The notes beneath the pieces were generated by a model that was not told where the DNA came from, did not search any database, and was given only the letters and a program-made list of their open reading frames with translations. A stretch of 64,000 bases of DNA from Thermodesulfobacteriota bacterium. GTDB taxonomy: Bacteria; Desulfobacterota; Desulfarculia; JACQYL01. A program made the translations under genes and the position numbers. Where the stretch lies: positions 896,001 to 960,000 of the forward strand of contig CAXXLZ010000002.1 in NCBI GenBank assembly GCA_963675595.2, written 5' to 3'. Each line of letters opens with the position of its first letter. Within the stretch, counting starts at the first letter, position 1. Below are positions 38,899 to 49,900 of the stretch, piece by piece.

Positions 38899-39800
38899 TC
38901 ATGACTCGCGGTTTTCCATCCCCGGCCCTTGGGGCCTCGGCGAAGCCGAGCTGAGCGAGGCGGAGTCGAGGCCCCAAGGGCTCGCCGCGAACTGGGCCGG
39001 GGTCATGTAATTCAATGCACTGTGCGGTCTTTCCTCGTTATAGGCTTTCCGCCATTTGGCGGCCAGAGTCTGCGCTTCCTTGATGTTGTTGAAAATTTCC
39101 ATGTTCAAGAATTCATCCCGAAAACGGCTGTTGAAACTTTCCACGTACCCGTTCTGCCAAGGGGCTCCCGGCTCGACGAAAAGGGTTCCCACTCCCAGGT
39201 CTTTCAGCCAGTTTCTCACCTTTTGGGCTATAAATTCGGGACCGTTATCCGATCGAATGCCCGTTGGAACTCCCCGCTCGCCCATCAATCGGCTCAGCTC
39301 GTTCAAAACGTCTTCACCCGTAATGGAGCGGTTGATCCTCAGGGCCAGGTTTTCCCGAGTAAACTCGTCGACAATGGCCAAGCACTTGAACTGACGGCCG
39401 TCGACCAAGCGGTCATGAATGAAATCCAACGTCCAGACATCATTTGCAAAAGCCGCCTTACGCTTGTTGCACGCATTGGCATCAACTCCCAGGAAGCGTT
39501 TCTTCTTGGCTTTTCGAGGTACCTTGAATCCTTCCTCTTTCCAAAGTCTATGAATTCGCTTGTAGTTTACCGCCCACCCCGCATCACGCAGCAGCCGAGT
39601 GATCCTACGGCATCCAAAACGGGGATGTTCTCCAACCAACCGGTGAAGAGCCTTGATCAGTTCCACCTCATCGTCCCGTTCCTTCGGCTCATAACGTTGG
39701 GTGGATCGGTGTTGACCGGCTACGCGGCAGGCCCGACGCTCTGAAGCGGCATGTTCACTTCGAACATAATCAACCGCTTTCCTACGACGCGCCGGGCTTA
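38899..39800 (-). CDS. IS3 OrfB (DDE integrase-like), expressed by frameshift
   Basis: WTLDF, RSDNGPEF, PWQNGYVESFNSRFRDE. Confidence 0.9.
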
Positions 39801-40079
39801 GAAGTTTCCCTCCGCAAGATCCTTCAGCATTGCCTTGTCCAACATCAGATCGGCGACCAGCTTTTTTAAGCGTGCATTTTCCTTTTCCAGTTCTTTTAGC
39901 CGTTTGGCCTCCTCAGCCTTCATCCCCCCATACTGGTTTCGCCACCGGTGGTACGTCGCCTCGCTCACCTCCAGCGATTGGCAAACCTGCGCTATCGTCT
40001 GCCCTGCCGTCAGACGACGGTCCGCGTCTTCAAGTTTCCGGATGATTTGCTCCGCGCTGTGTCTCTTTCTCTTGGCCAT
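39798..40079 (-). CDS. IS3 OrfA
   Basis: RHSAEQIIRKL...TYHRWRNQYGGM...LEKENARLKKLVA. Confidence 0.9.
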   Translation of the reverse strand: MAKRKRHSAEQIIRKLEDADRRLTAGQTIAQVCQSLEVSEATYHRWRNQYGGMKAEEAKRLKELEKENARLKKLVADLMLDKAMLKDLAEGNF

Positions 40080-40964
40080 GCAAAAAGTCTCCTTCCGTTC
40101 TTTGGGCATTCAGACTCTCATTATACATGGACCAATTATCGGGGGGCATTCCAATGCAAAGAATCCGGCCTATAGATATGCCTGCGATCGGAAATAATGG
40201 GGCCTGCAAAACGGAGGATGCCATCACTTAAGACGCAGCCTGACCCGGCACCCGTAGGTCCGGTCTCGGGTAAACACTATGATTGTATACAAAGGTCACA
40301 TCCGCGAAGGCGCACCCGGCAAGCTTCAGGGAGTTGTTCTGTCTCGAACCGGACTCAGGGCCTCCGCCTCCCCCTCTCATCAGAGCTGCCGCCATGCAAT
40401 CCATCTGTCCCAAAGGGCATTCTTACTTCGTAGAGAAATGTGCTCGAATGCCTTTCGGCAAATCAGCGGGATCCGCGGGAATATTGTGCCAACGCCCGGT
40501 TTCTACGTACGTGGTCTGGAAGAGCCTCCTTCGCGCGCCATAGGGGATGGTAGAAGCCAGCCAATCGAGAGCGGCTTTGCCCTTGGTCGAGTTGTAGCCC
40601 TCAACAGAGCACACCTTGATCATGACGGGCCAAATCTTCTTATACTTGGCGATGTCGTTGAGGATATCGCAAACCCAGGTAATCTCCTTACCAATCATGG
40701 TGCTGAGGTAACCCAAGCTCAGCACGTCAGGGAGGTCGCTCAGTATGTAGCACGTCACCTTGCGGACGATGCCGCCGCCATCCTCTTTCTGCTCCTCTTC
40801 GATCTTCTTCGCCTCTGCTCGATGGTCTTCTCTCTTGTTCGATTAGGCATACCGCTATTCCTCTTTTCATGTAAGACAAACGTACACCTATGGTTTGGAA
40901 GGGACCGCAGCCTACCCTTCCGCTTGACAAGGATATTCAGTAAGGCCACAGGGGCATGGAACCT

Positions 40965-42014
40965 TCATTCAATAAAGCCTTCTTCGCTTGTCTGCCTCGT
41001 GCGACGCCGACGGTCGTTCCAGTAACGCAGAATGGTGAAGTCGTCCCCTACGGCAAAAGCCAAATTACGAGATGCAACCCAAACAGCATTCAAGTTCACG
41101 CTTGTTCCGGAATCCATCTTGCTCAACTCCATACCGTCATAAAACAAAATGGTACCGTCTTCTCCAACGGCGATGACGAAATCCGAAGAACACCCATGAA
41201 CTTGACTCAGAGGGCTTGTAGACTCAGGGACCGGGATATCCTGCCATTCCTCCCCGGTATAATGAGTGAAGATTCCTCTATTGTTCTGGTACCAAATGTC
41301 TGAACTTTTATTGTAGCCTACCGCAAATATGTCACTGCTTGAAACACCCCAAACATTTCTATAGCCTGTGGATATGATTCCATGCTGGTATCCTGAATCT
41401 AAAAGCCCAAAACTATGAAAGGTTTCTCCGAACCCTTTCATAGTATCTGTCGTATAAGTAGAACAGGAGTCACAAGGGATGATAAACTCTGCCGCAAAAC
41501 CGGGGTACATGGAACCAACAGCGGCTAACATGCTTCCGTCGGTCCAAATACTCGCGATATAAGTATCTGGAATCCCAATCACGTCAGCAGTGGTTTCTAA
41601 GTCCTCACATTGAATGTCGTACAAGCCTATTGTAAATGCCGAGCTACCACAATAAATAGATTCTGCTCCCCGCATCACCTCATTAGGAATGTCTATAAAC
41701 TGATCCCCATCAAAAATAATATTTCCGTTATTGGTTGATATGACCAAACCCTGTCTTGTTAAGCCTAATATCTTATTAAACTTTTTTCCTGTAATCTCCT
41801 GGAAGACTTCCCACTTATTTGACGAAAGATGAATCAATATTCCGCCTATCCCAATAATATAGACGTTATCTTTCGATGTCCCCCAAACATCTACAAGTCT
41901 CCCACTATATTCCCCTAAGTATATTCGGCTCCAGGAAGCCCATACATTATCGTAAGACAGAACAATCCAATTAAATAGCATGAAAGCAATCATTATTTTC
42001 AGCCAATGCTTCAT
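40965..42014 (-). CDS. Exported beta-propeller protein, paralog of 37755-38813
   Basis: Signal peptide; colinear similarity; near-identical last blade. Confidence 0.7.
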   Translation of the reverse strand: MKHWLKIMIAFMLFNWIVLSYDNVWASWSRIYLGEYSGRLVDVWGTSKDNVYIIGIGGILIHLSSNKWEVFQEITGKKFNKILGLTRQGLVISTNNGNIIFDGDQFIDIPNEVMRGAESIYCGSSAFTIGLYDIQCEDLETTADVIGIPDTYIASIWTDGSMLAAVGSMYPGFAAEFIIPCDSCSTYTTDTMKGFGETFHSFGLLDSGYQHGIISTGYRNVWGVSSSDIFAVGYNKSSDIWYQNNRGIFTHYTGEEWQDIPVPESTSPLSQVHGCSSDFVIAVGEDGTILFYDGMELSKMDSGTSVNLNAVWVASRNLAFAVGDDFTILRYWNDRRRRTRQTSEEGFIE

Positions 42015-42318
42015 TGAATGGCCTCCGTACAATAAAGTTACCTGGACTTTCTGATTATTACCGGAACCGATAAATTTTGTCTTAAAAAACCATTGAAGGT
42101 AGTTTGTAGCTTCATTTATGTTTAACATGCGTAAATTAACTGCTTTCTATCAAGAAAATCAGCTTAATTATACTTATAAATAGTTTCAATTAGCATCCAA
42201 ATCTTTTTTAACATAGCCAATTTATGTTTACCGTACTAAGCTTACTATTCTGTATTTTCACTTTTTTGACATCCGTTTGACACATATTCTCATAAAACAT
42301 CATTTAGTTAATAATCAA

Positions 42319-42939
42319 CTAAGGAAGGCTGCTTAACATCACTTCAATCGAAGCTTTAGCACTCTTTTTAACGCACGGAGTCAATGATCCTACTAACCCA
42401 CCTTTAGTTAATCTGATCCAAGAACGGTCTTTCCAAAGCAACCTTCCATCTTCTATATTTATCAAGGATGCGGACACTTCTGCATGACACCATTTTTCAG
42501 CTACAGCATAGGTAGATTCCAAATCTTCAATAAAAATAAAGAGAAGACCTGTCTTATTTTCCATTGTACCTAAAGCCGCAAGCTCCTTAGGGTCCATCTC
42601 GTAAATATCTTCTCCTCTTAAGTGGTTTTTAATTAACAAAGTTTTTTCGAATACAGACTTATGATCATAACCTTTTCCCCGTAATGCATCTATTATCCAT
42701 TCATCTATTTCCTCTATAAATTCTGCGTCGAGATCAACTTTGCCTTTATCGTGTCTTACATCCATCACGCGTAGAATTATTATTTTATTTAATGAATATT
42801 TACCAAAACTTTTATCAAGGTACATTGGTACTCGTCTATTTAAGGTTGTCTTAGTCTTAGGAGTGATGCATCCAGCTGATACTAATATCCCACAAAATAT
42901 CAATAACCATGGCAACATTCTAACTTTCCTACTCATCAT
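42319..42939 (-). CDS. Lipoprotein (DUF799/CsgG-like fold, tentative)
   Basis: Lipobox SAGC; VSASLINIEDGRLLW motif. Confidence 0.6.
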   Translation of the reverse strand: MMSRKVRMLPWLLIFCGILVSAGCITPKTKTTLNRRVPMYLDKSFGKYSLNKIIILRVMDVRHDKGKVDLDAEFIEEIDEWIIDALRGKGYDHKSVFEKTLLIKNHLRGEDIYEMDPKELAALGTMENKTGLLFIFIEDLESTYAVAEKWCHAEVSASLINIEDGRLLWKDRSWIRLTKGGLVGSLTPCVKKSAKASIEVMLSSLP

Positions 42940-43061
42940 TTCACAACTCCTCGTTGATCCAAGAGGTCTATAGTTGCGGCACGTATAGCGGCGAAGCACA
43001 TCAGGTTTGGCTCCGTCAGCACGATTGAGCTATATTTGCTTTGTCTTTAGTGGAAGGTGTT

Positions 43062-44195
43062 TCAAGGTACGGTCACATCTCTGGCTAAACGGAAGCCTAT
43101 CCTACCGCTGCGATAAGCCTGCAATGCAAAGCCCCTGCGCGCACAACGAAGGCGTCTAGCTGAATTTCGCCAGCTACCCCCTCGATAAACTCGTGCTGTA
43201 CCCGACGATGGACCCGTAGGGTCCGTCACTGAGCCTTCAGGATAATCACCGTACCAATCTTCCACCCACTCGTGTACGTTTCCGTGCATATCATACAGTC
43301 CCCATGCGTTGGGTTTCTTCTTCCCTACCAGAGGCGTTTCCGTACCTGAATTTGCTTCAAACCACGCGTATTCTCCCAGAACACGGTCATCGTTTCCGTA
43401 ACAATATCTTCTTCCAATCCCGCCGGACCTGCAAGCATATTCCCACTCCGCTTCGGTCGGGAGTCTGTATCGTTTCGAGCCTACGGATTCATTCAGTTTG
43501 TTTATGAACTTGCAGCAGTCATCCCAAGAGACCCCTACTGGCGCATCGTCCCACCAATCCTTTGACAAAAGATGAGGCATGGCGTTAAGAAAACTCTTCC
43601 ATTGGAACAATGTCACTTCCGTGGTCTGTAAGTAGAATCCTTTGGTCAGGGTAACCTCGTGCTGAGTCTCCAAACTGCTTCGATCCTCTTCATCCGGTGG
43701 ACTTCCCATCAAGAAAGTCCCGGGAGGAATGTACACGAATTCAAACTTGCTGCCTTTGATTTGGTCGACTATCGAGACCTTGGGCATGTCTATCGGCATC
43801 GCGGACGGCATGGAAGCGGTTGTCGAATCCGGGATGAGCCGAGCCTCAACCACCTGTTTCTCGCCCACTCGCACCTGGATCAAGTCTTTCCAATCTCTGT
43901 ATCCTATCATCTTCATATCGACCCTATGACTTTCTGGAGTAACTTCGGATTTGTGCCCCGGAGTGGTCCCCATGAACTCTCCATCAAGATACCAAAGGGC
44001 TCCAGGCGGTTCACTGCGCACTTCTAGTCCGGTCATTGAAGCCGTGCCCTTATCACCTTGATTGCTCAAAGATGAAACGTCATGGGGACTCACAGGTACT
44101 TCTTCTTGTGACCCAGAAGAACTATCGAAATAGAGGAAAAGCCAAACAAAACTTAAGATCAGGGAATATCTGGCGATATTCGACTTCAAGTTCAT
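43062..44195 (-). CDS. PEGA + FGE-sulfatase domain exported protein
   Basis: VRSEPPGA..YLDG...GTTP; FLMGSP, RLPTEAEWE, YDMHGNV, RGGSW, IGFRL. Confidence 0.9.
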   Translation of the reverse strand: MNLKSNIARYSLILSFVWLFLYFDSSSGSQEEVPVSPHDVSSLSNQGDKGTASMTGLEVRSEPPGALWYLDGEFMGTTPGHKSEVTPESHRVDMKMIGYRDWKDLIQVRVGEKQVVEARLIPDSTTASMPSAMPIDMPKVSIVDQIKGSKFEFVYIPPGTFLMGSPPDEEDRSSLETQHEVTLTKGFYLQTTEVTLFQWKSFLNAMPHLLSKDWWDDAPVGVSWDDCCKFINKLNESVGSKRYRLPTEAEWEYACRSGGIGRRYCYGNDDRVLGEYAWFEANSGTETPLVGKKKPNAWGLYDMHGNVHEWVEDWYGDYPEGSVTDPTGPSSGTARVYRGGSWRNSARRLRCARRGFALQAYRSGRIGFRLARDVTVP

Positions 44196-44403
44196 ATCTT
44201 CTCCTTCCCATGAAGCCGTCCCGAGAAACCTATTTCGTATAGTCGCATAGCACCGACAAAGCGGTCTTTTGTTCAGGGAGGGCGTAAAATAGTTTATTGA
44301 TATGAGCATAAAATAGGTTAAGGCACGATACTTAATACCACATGTTTCTTAATTTGATGGGTCATCGCTGATAGTGTAGTTAATTCATGCTATTTGCACT
44401 AAT

Positions 44404-46452
44404 TCATTTGCGACTTTCCATAATAACTTGAATTTTATTAATACTATTTGAACCGACATCTATACTTATTGTTGCCTTGGTCTTTGGAAACTTTTCGATG
44501 ACCTTGCACTTTGGTGGAAAACTATTGTATTCATGGAAACCGGCTACAACCCCGATGTATTTCGCCTCCGGGGCCCTACGAAGCTTTAGTTGCCTGTCGC
44601 TTGCCGGCAGGAGCGTTACCTCTGTCACTTCTCCCGAGGCTGTTTTCGAATCGTCTTCACCAGCCAGGAGCTCCTCACACGAACCGTCAAAATCACTCTT
44701 TTTTGCTAGTTGAAAGATGCGCACAAGAAGTGAATGGGCTTGCCCCTCATGCCAATTCAAGCGCGCACTTGATTTCAGGTATAAGGAATCCTCCACAGGA
44801 GGCTTGACCTTCGGTTCTTGTTTTTCCATCTCTTTCAAGCGTTGTGCAATCTCTAGTTCTTTGGATAGGTCTCGAATTTGGCCGTCTCTCTTGGCCAGAT
44901 CCGTTTGAGCCGCTTTCAACCGATCTTCAACCTCCACTTTCTTACGTTCACATTCCGCCATTCTTTCTTTCGAAAGCTTCAACTCACTGTTGCAGTCCGC
45001 CAATCGCTTTTGCAAATCAGCGGTATCGTTCTTCAAATTCTCTACCGAAGCCAGCCGAACTCGTTGGTTTTCCGCAGCACGTCTCTTAGCCAGCTCAAGC
45101 TCACGTTCCAGCTCGGCAAGGCGATTCGCAGCCTCAGCGGCATCGGATCTTGCTTTTTCTTCCACCGCCAGTCTGAGCCATTTGCTTTTCTCAGCTCTTT
45201 CGTCGGCAAGTTTCGCCTCACCTTCAACTTCCGCAAGACGCCCAAGTACCTCCATCTTTTCCGTTTTTGCGCGCTCTTCGGCATCTCTCATTAAGGATTC
45301 AAATTCTTTGCTTTGAAGCGCCGCTCTTGCCTCAGCCCCATCTGCTCGAACTTTCTGTTTCCCCAATTCCAATGTCAATTCCTGCACTCTCGAACTAAGG
45401 TTCAGAAATTCCGATTGCCTATCCGTCAGTTCATTAGAAAGCTGCGTCAACTTCGATTCGGCTGCTTCCTTTTTCGATCGCTCCTGCTGGAGGGAAAGCT
45501 TAAGTGAATCGATTTCTCGCTCAAGACCCTTGATGCGTCCGACAGCTTCCTCCAGGTCCAAACTCGCCTTCGCTTCAACGGCGAGTTTGAGACGATCAAG
45601 CTCCTCGGCCCGTTCCTTTGAAACACCCAGCTCTCGCTGGATCTCGGCTATCCGGCGTAATGCTTCGGATCTTTCGGCCTTCACCCGCTTTTCGGCTTCC
45701 GTCAGCAACGCCTGGATCTCCTTGTCTTTGGCCGTGACTCTCTCTTCAGTCGCGTCAAGACGTTCTCTTTGTTTGGCCAGTTCAGAAGCCAAATCCCGCA
45801 CCCTGGCCTCAAGAACCTCACGTTTGACTCGCTCGGCCTCAAGTTCCGCAGCCTGCTTTTTAAATTCGGATTCAGCCGATTCTCGCAGCCCTTGCTCTTG
45901 TTTGAGGATGCGATCGAGCTGGACGATCTTTCTTTCTCTATCTCGAATCTCGAGCTCTGCAGCGGCCTTTTCCTCCGCCAGCCTGGTCTTGAGTTCCGCA
46001 ACCTCCGCAACCAAACTTTCGGTCAGCTTGGACTTCTGTTCGCTCAGCCGTTCTCTTTCCAACTTGGCGGCATCCTGTTCAGATAGCGCCAGGGCCGTTC
46101 TGATCAGTTTGTCGGCGACATAGGCATTGTGTAGCCTTTGTTCCGAAGATTGAGAGGTCTCTGCTTTTCTCAGGTAGTCCTCCGCTCTCACCAGAAAAGC
46201 CGACCACGGCCCTGCGATCTCCGGCCTGTTCTTTACTTTTCTTAAAAAGGCACGTGTTTGCATCAAGGCTTGATCAGCATCGGTTCCCAGTTCAGCGGCG
46301 GCTGATTCAGAAACGGAGGCTGAGGAACCGGCCGGCTCAACGGCCCATGTCGATCCTGGGTAAGAGGCAAACACCAACAGAATCCAGCACATAACGGTGA
46401 CGATTAAAAGGCAACGCATATTACAGGCATGCTTCCCAGATCTGTTTTCCAT
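44404..46452 (-). CDS. Exported long coiled-coil protein with a C-terminal TssJ/SciN-like domain
   Basis: Signal peptide; ~430-aa heptad region; LN..EGQAHSLLVRIFQL...LLPA...YIGVVAGF. Confidence 0.7.
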   Translation of the reverse strand: MENRSGKHACNMRCLLIVTVMCWILLVFASYPGSTWAVEPAGSSASVSESAAAELGTDADQALMQTRAFLRKVKNRPEIAGPWSAFLVRAEDYLRKAETSQSSEQRLHNAYVADKLIRTALALSEQDAAKLERERLSEQKSKLTESLVAEVAELKTRLAEEKAAAELEIRDRERKIVQLDRILKQEQGLRESAESEFKKQAAELEAERVKREVLEARVRDLASELAKQRERLDATEERVTAKDKEIQALLTEAEKRVKAERSEALRRIAEIQRELGVSKERAEELDRLKLAVEAKASLDLEEAVGRIKGLEREIDSLKLSLQQERSKKEAAESKLTQLSNELTDRQSEFLNLSSRVQELTLELGKQKVRADGAEARAALQSKEFESLMRDAEERAKTEKMEVLGRLAEVEGEAKLADERAEKSKWLRLAVEEKARSDAAEAANRLAELERELELAKRRAAENQRVRLASVENLKNDTADLQKRLADCNSELKLSKERMAECERKKVEVEDRLKAAQTDLAKRDGQIRDLSKELEIAQRLKEMEKQEPKVKPPVEDSLYLKSSARLNWHEGQAHSLLVRIFQLAKKSDFDGSCEELLAGEDDSKTASGEVTEVTLLPASDRQLKLRRAPEAKYIGVVAGFHEYNSFPPKCKVIEKFPKTKATISIDVGSNSINKIQVIMESRK

Positions 46453-46490
46453 TGAACCACCCTTTCGATGCATCAGGCACTGGATTGGAT

Positions 46491-46895
46491 TTACTCCTTG
46501 CTTTGAACTTCTTCCAAGTGCTTCTTCGATTCCTCGATATCGGTCAACATTTCTTGAGTGCTTTCTTTTTCTTTCTCGGACTGCGCCTTGGCATTAGCAA
46601 GTGTCGCATCCGCCCAGGCCTTTTCAGCCAAAAAATAGGCCTGTTCGTATTCACCCTTGATCAGCAGGTTTTTCGCTTCGTATAGCCCGTCTTCTGCCTC
46701 CATAAGTTCAGGGGGAGGCTCTTGTATATTCTTGCTATTCTTTCTGGCTTCAAGAAGCGTTGTCTCTGCCTTGGTTATCATATTCTCGGTATCGATTCTC
46801 AGTTTCGGAGAACAAGAGACTTGAATAAGTATTAGGAAGGTTAGCATGAATAAACTAAATAGGACTCTTGATCTATCATATCCCAAATAAACCAT
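46491..46895 (-). CDS. DUF4398-like lipoprotein
   Basis: VSC lipobox; AE..L.EA...GEYEQA..LAEKA.ADA.LA.AKA. Confidence 0.7.
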   Translation of the reverse strand: MVYLGYDRSRVLFSLFMLTFLILIQVSCSPKLRIDTENMITKAETTLLEARKNSKNIQEPPPELMEAEDGLYEAKNLLIKGEYEQAYFLAEKAWADATLANAKAQSEKEKESTQEMLTDIEESKKHLEEVQSKE

Positions 46896-46922
46896 AATTC
46901 TCCCCCAATTTAGAAGTAAATT

Positions 46923-49900
46923 CTATATACCTGGTACCGGAACAAACAACTCCTTAGGATAAGGGCTTGGTTTATCCCTATATTTTTCAGAAGCTTTCTT
47001 TTTTATTTCATCTTTAACAGATTTTTCAACCAGCCTGACCAAATCGTTTAGTTTTGGATAGCTCTGAATCGATTGCTGGTGGCCTTCCACTGTTTGCTTA
47101 AAATCGATGCTTACTTCTAGACAACAATCCAATGTATCACACTTATCAATTCTATTCTGCAAATCCTTAAGTTCATTTTTGAATATAAATGCATCCCAAT
47201 TAATTATCAAACCTGACATTATAGCGTTTGTTTCTCTAACAAAATAGTCAACTTGCTTATGGGTAACATTAACTTTACTAAGTTTTTTAATAATTTCTTT
47301 CGCATTCAATTTTGCCCGTTTTAGGTACTTTATAGAAGTATATCGATCGTATAATTTTCCGTTTTCGTTATCATTTGTTTTTGATCCGGAAAATATTCCA
47401 GATAAACCTGATAGCCAACCGGTATTTGAACCACTATAATAATCTTGGTTATTTTCGGTAAGTTTTGCAAGCCGAACATCTTCGTCAATAATTTCATATC
47501 CTGATATTAAAACACGGAAAACATCGAGAAACTCTCTGTACATTATCACAGTATCATTACTCTTCTCAGTTTTTCCGTACGTGCTGTCGTACTCACTAAT
47601 TATCGTTTCAAGCTTTTCAAATTCAGACGTTCCGTGATTGGGTTGGTGGATTTCGGCCATCAACTTTTCCACCACACGTTTCATTTCCTGCTTCTTTCCA
47701 ATTCTGATCGATTCTCCCTTCTGCTCCATCCGCTCTTTCGACTGGACCACAGCACGTCTTATCTGATCTGCTTTGGACCGTATCGCCGAACTGGAGCCGA
47801 CCAACTCCTTTTTGCTTTGAAGCAAATTTTCCAAAGCAATTTGGATTCCCTCACACGCTTCCACGCCGCCACACTTGACTGCCTTCGCAGCCAAGTCATC
47901 CAGTTGTCCCAAGAGAATCCCTTCGCGGCGCGACGCCAACCGGCCCTGCACATGCTTCCTCGCCGCCTCATTGAAGGTCGCCAGTTTCTTATATGCGGAC
48001 AACCCTTCGATCTCTTTTAGCACCTTCCCGTAGAGTTCCTCGCCCTGCGCGAACAGTCCTTTATTCTCCGCTTCGTCTGCGGCGTTCAGGAAACCCCTCA
48101 GCCGCTTATGCGCCTCCACCAAGTCTCGATAGCTCTTAGCGGTTTCGGACCGGTATCCTTGGGTACTTGAGTACTTTCGGTATTCCGACACCAGACTGCC
48201 CACCTGTTCCATCTGAGCCGAACCGTATCCCGGCGATTGGAAGGACACCTTTCCCAACATCTCTTCCATCTCCCTCACGATGCGCGCGAGCTCACCCTCT
48301 CGTTCCGCCCGTCCTCTCGATGCGGTCACGGCTTTTTCTATCGATTCCGCTTTGGAGCGGACGGCCGAACTGGAATCCATTAGTTCCTTCTGGCCTTGGA
48401 GCAGCTTCTCCAAATCCGTTCGCACGTCCCCGCACGCTTTGACGCTCCCGCATTCCGAGGCTCTGCTCCCCAAATCTTCCAGTTGCGCCAAAAGCATCCC
48501 TTCGCGGCACGACGCCAACCGGCCCTTCACGTGTTCCCTCGCAGCACCGGTGAAAGTCCCTAGTTCTTGATGACCGGACAGGCTTTGGATTTCTTCCAGC
48601 GCCTTCGCATAGAGTTCCTCGCCCTGATCGAACCGTCCTTGATTCTCCGCCTTTTCCGCCGCATCCAGAAGACCCGTCAGCCGTTTATGGGCCTCGATCA
48701 GGTCTTGGTAGCTCTTCACGGTCTTGGAACTGTACCCCCGGGTACTCGAGTACTTCCCATATTTCGAGACCAGCTCGCCCAGCTTATCCATCTCAGCCGA
48801 ACCGTACCCCGAAGACGTGAAAGACACCTTGCCCAAGACTCCCTTCATCTGCCTCGCGATGTAGACGACATCGCTCTCTTCCTGCGCCCGTCCTCTCGAT
48901 GCGGCCACGGCTTTTTCTATCGATTCCGCTTCGGAGCGAATGGCCGAACTGGAGTCCATTAGTTCCTTTTGGTCTTGGAGCAGTTTCTCCAAATCCGTTT
49001 GCACGTCCCCGCACGCTTTGACGCTTCCGCATTTGGACGCCCTGCTCCCCAAATCCTCTAGTTGTGCCAAAAGCATCCCCTCGCGGCACGACCGTATCCC
49101 GTCCCTCACGTACGCTAATGCCCCTGCGTTGAACGTCGCCATTTCCTTGTGAACGGACAGCCCTCGCATTTCTTCCAGCGCCTTCTCATAGAGCTCCTTG
49201 CCCTGTTCGAACCGTCCTTGATTCTCAGCCTTTTCCGCCGCATCCAGAAGACCCGTCAGCCGTTTATGCGCCTCGGTCAGGTCTTGGTAGTTCTTTGCAG
49301 TCTTGGAACTGTACCCCCGGATGCCCGAGTACTTCCCATATTTCGAGACCAGCTCGCCCAGCTTATCCATCTGAACCGAACCATATCCCGGCGATTGGAA
49401 GGACACCTTTCCCAACAACTCATCCATTTCCCTCACGATGCGCGCGAGCTCACCCTCTCGTTCCGCCCGTCCTCTCGATGCGGCCACGGCTTTTTCTATC
49501 GATTCTGCTTTGGAGCGAATGGCCGAACTGGAAACTACTAGTTCCTTTTGGCCTTGGAGCAGCTTCTCCAAATCCGTTTGCACGTCCCCGCACGCCGTCA
49601 CGCTCCCGCATTTGGACGCCCTGCTCCCCAAATCCTCCAGTTGTGCCAAAAGCATCCCCTCGCGGCACGAAGCCAGCCGGCCCTTCACGTAATCCCTCGC
49701 AGTGCCGTTGAAAGTTTCTAATTCTTTATGACCGGATAGGCTTTGGATTTCTTCCAGCGCCTTCGCATAGAGTTCCTCGCCCTGCTCGAACCGTCCTTGA
49801 TTCTCCGCTTCGTGTGCGCCGTTCAAAATACTCGTCAAACGCTCGTGCCCGGCAAGCAGTTCCTGGTAACTCTTAACCGTTTCGGCCTGATATCCACGGG

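Larger units (their letters stand above)
38856..40153 (-). mobile_element. IS3-family (IS407-group-like) element
   Basis: TG...CA ends; 4-bp duplication ATGC (38852-38855 and 40154-40157); orfA/orfB with GGGAAAC at the junction. Confidence 0.92.

Noticed and set aside
40200-40960. Short ORFs between IS3 and the beta-propeller gene
   Set aside because: Possibly a decayed gene, but no start, motif or family could be supported
43062-43200. PEGA-FGE 3' end as a fourth variable repeat
   Set aside because: Codons (CGA AAT TCA GCT AGA...GCA TTG CAG) lack the NNC pattern and the shared downstream element; it serves as a negative control
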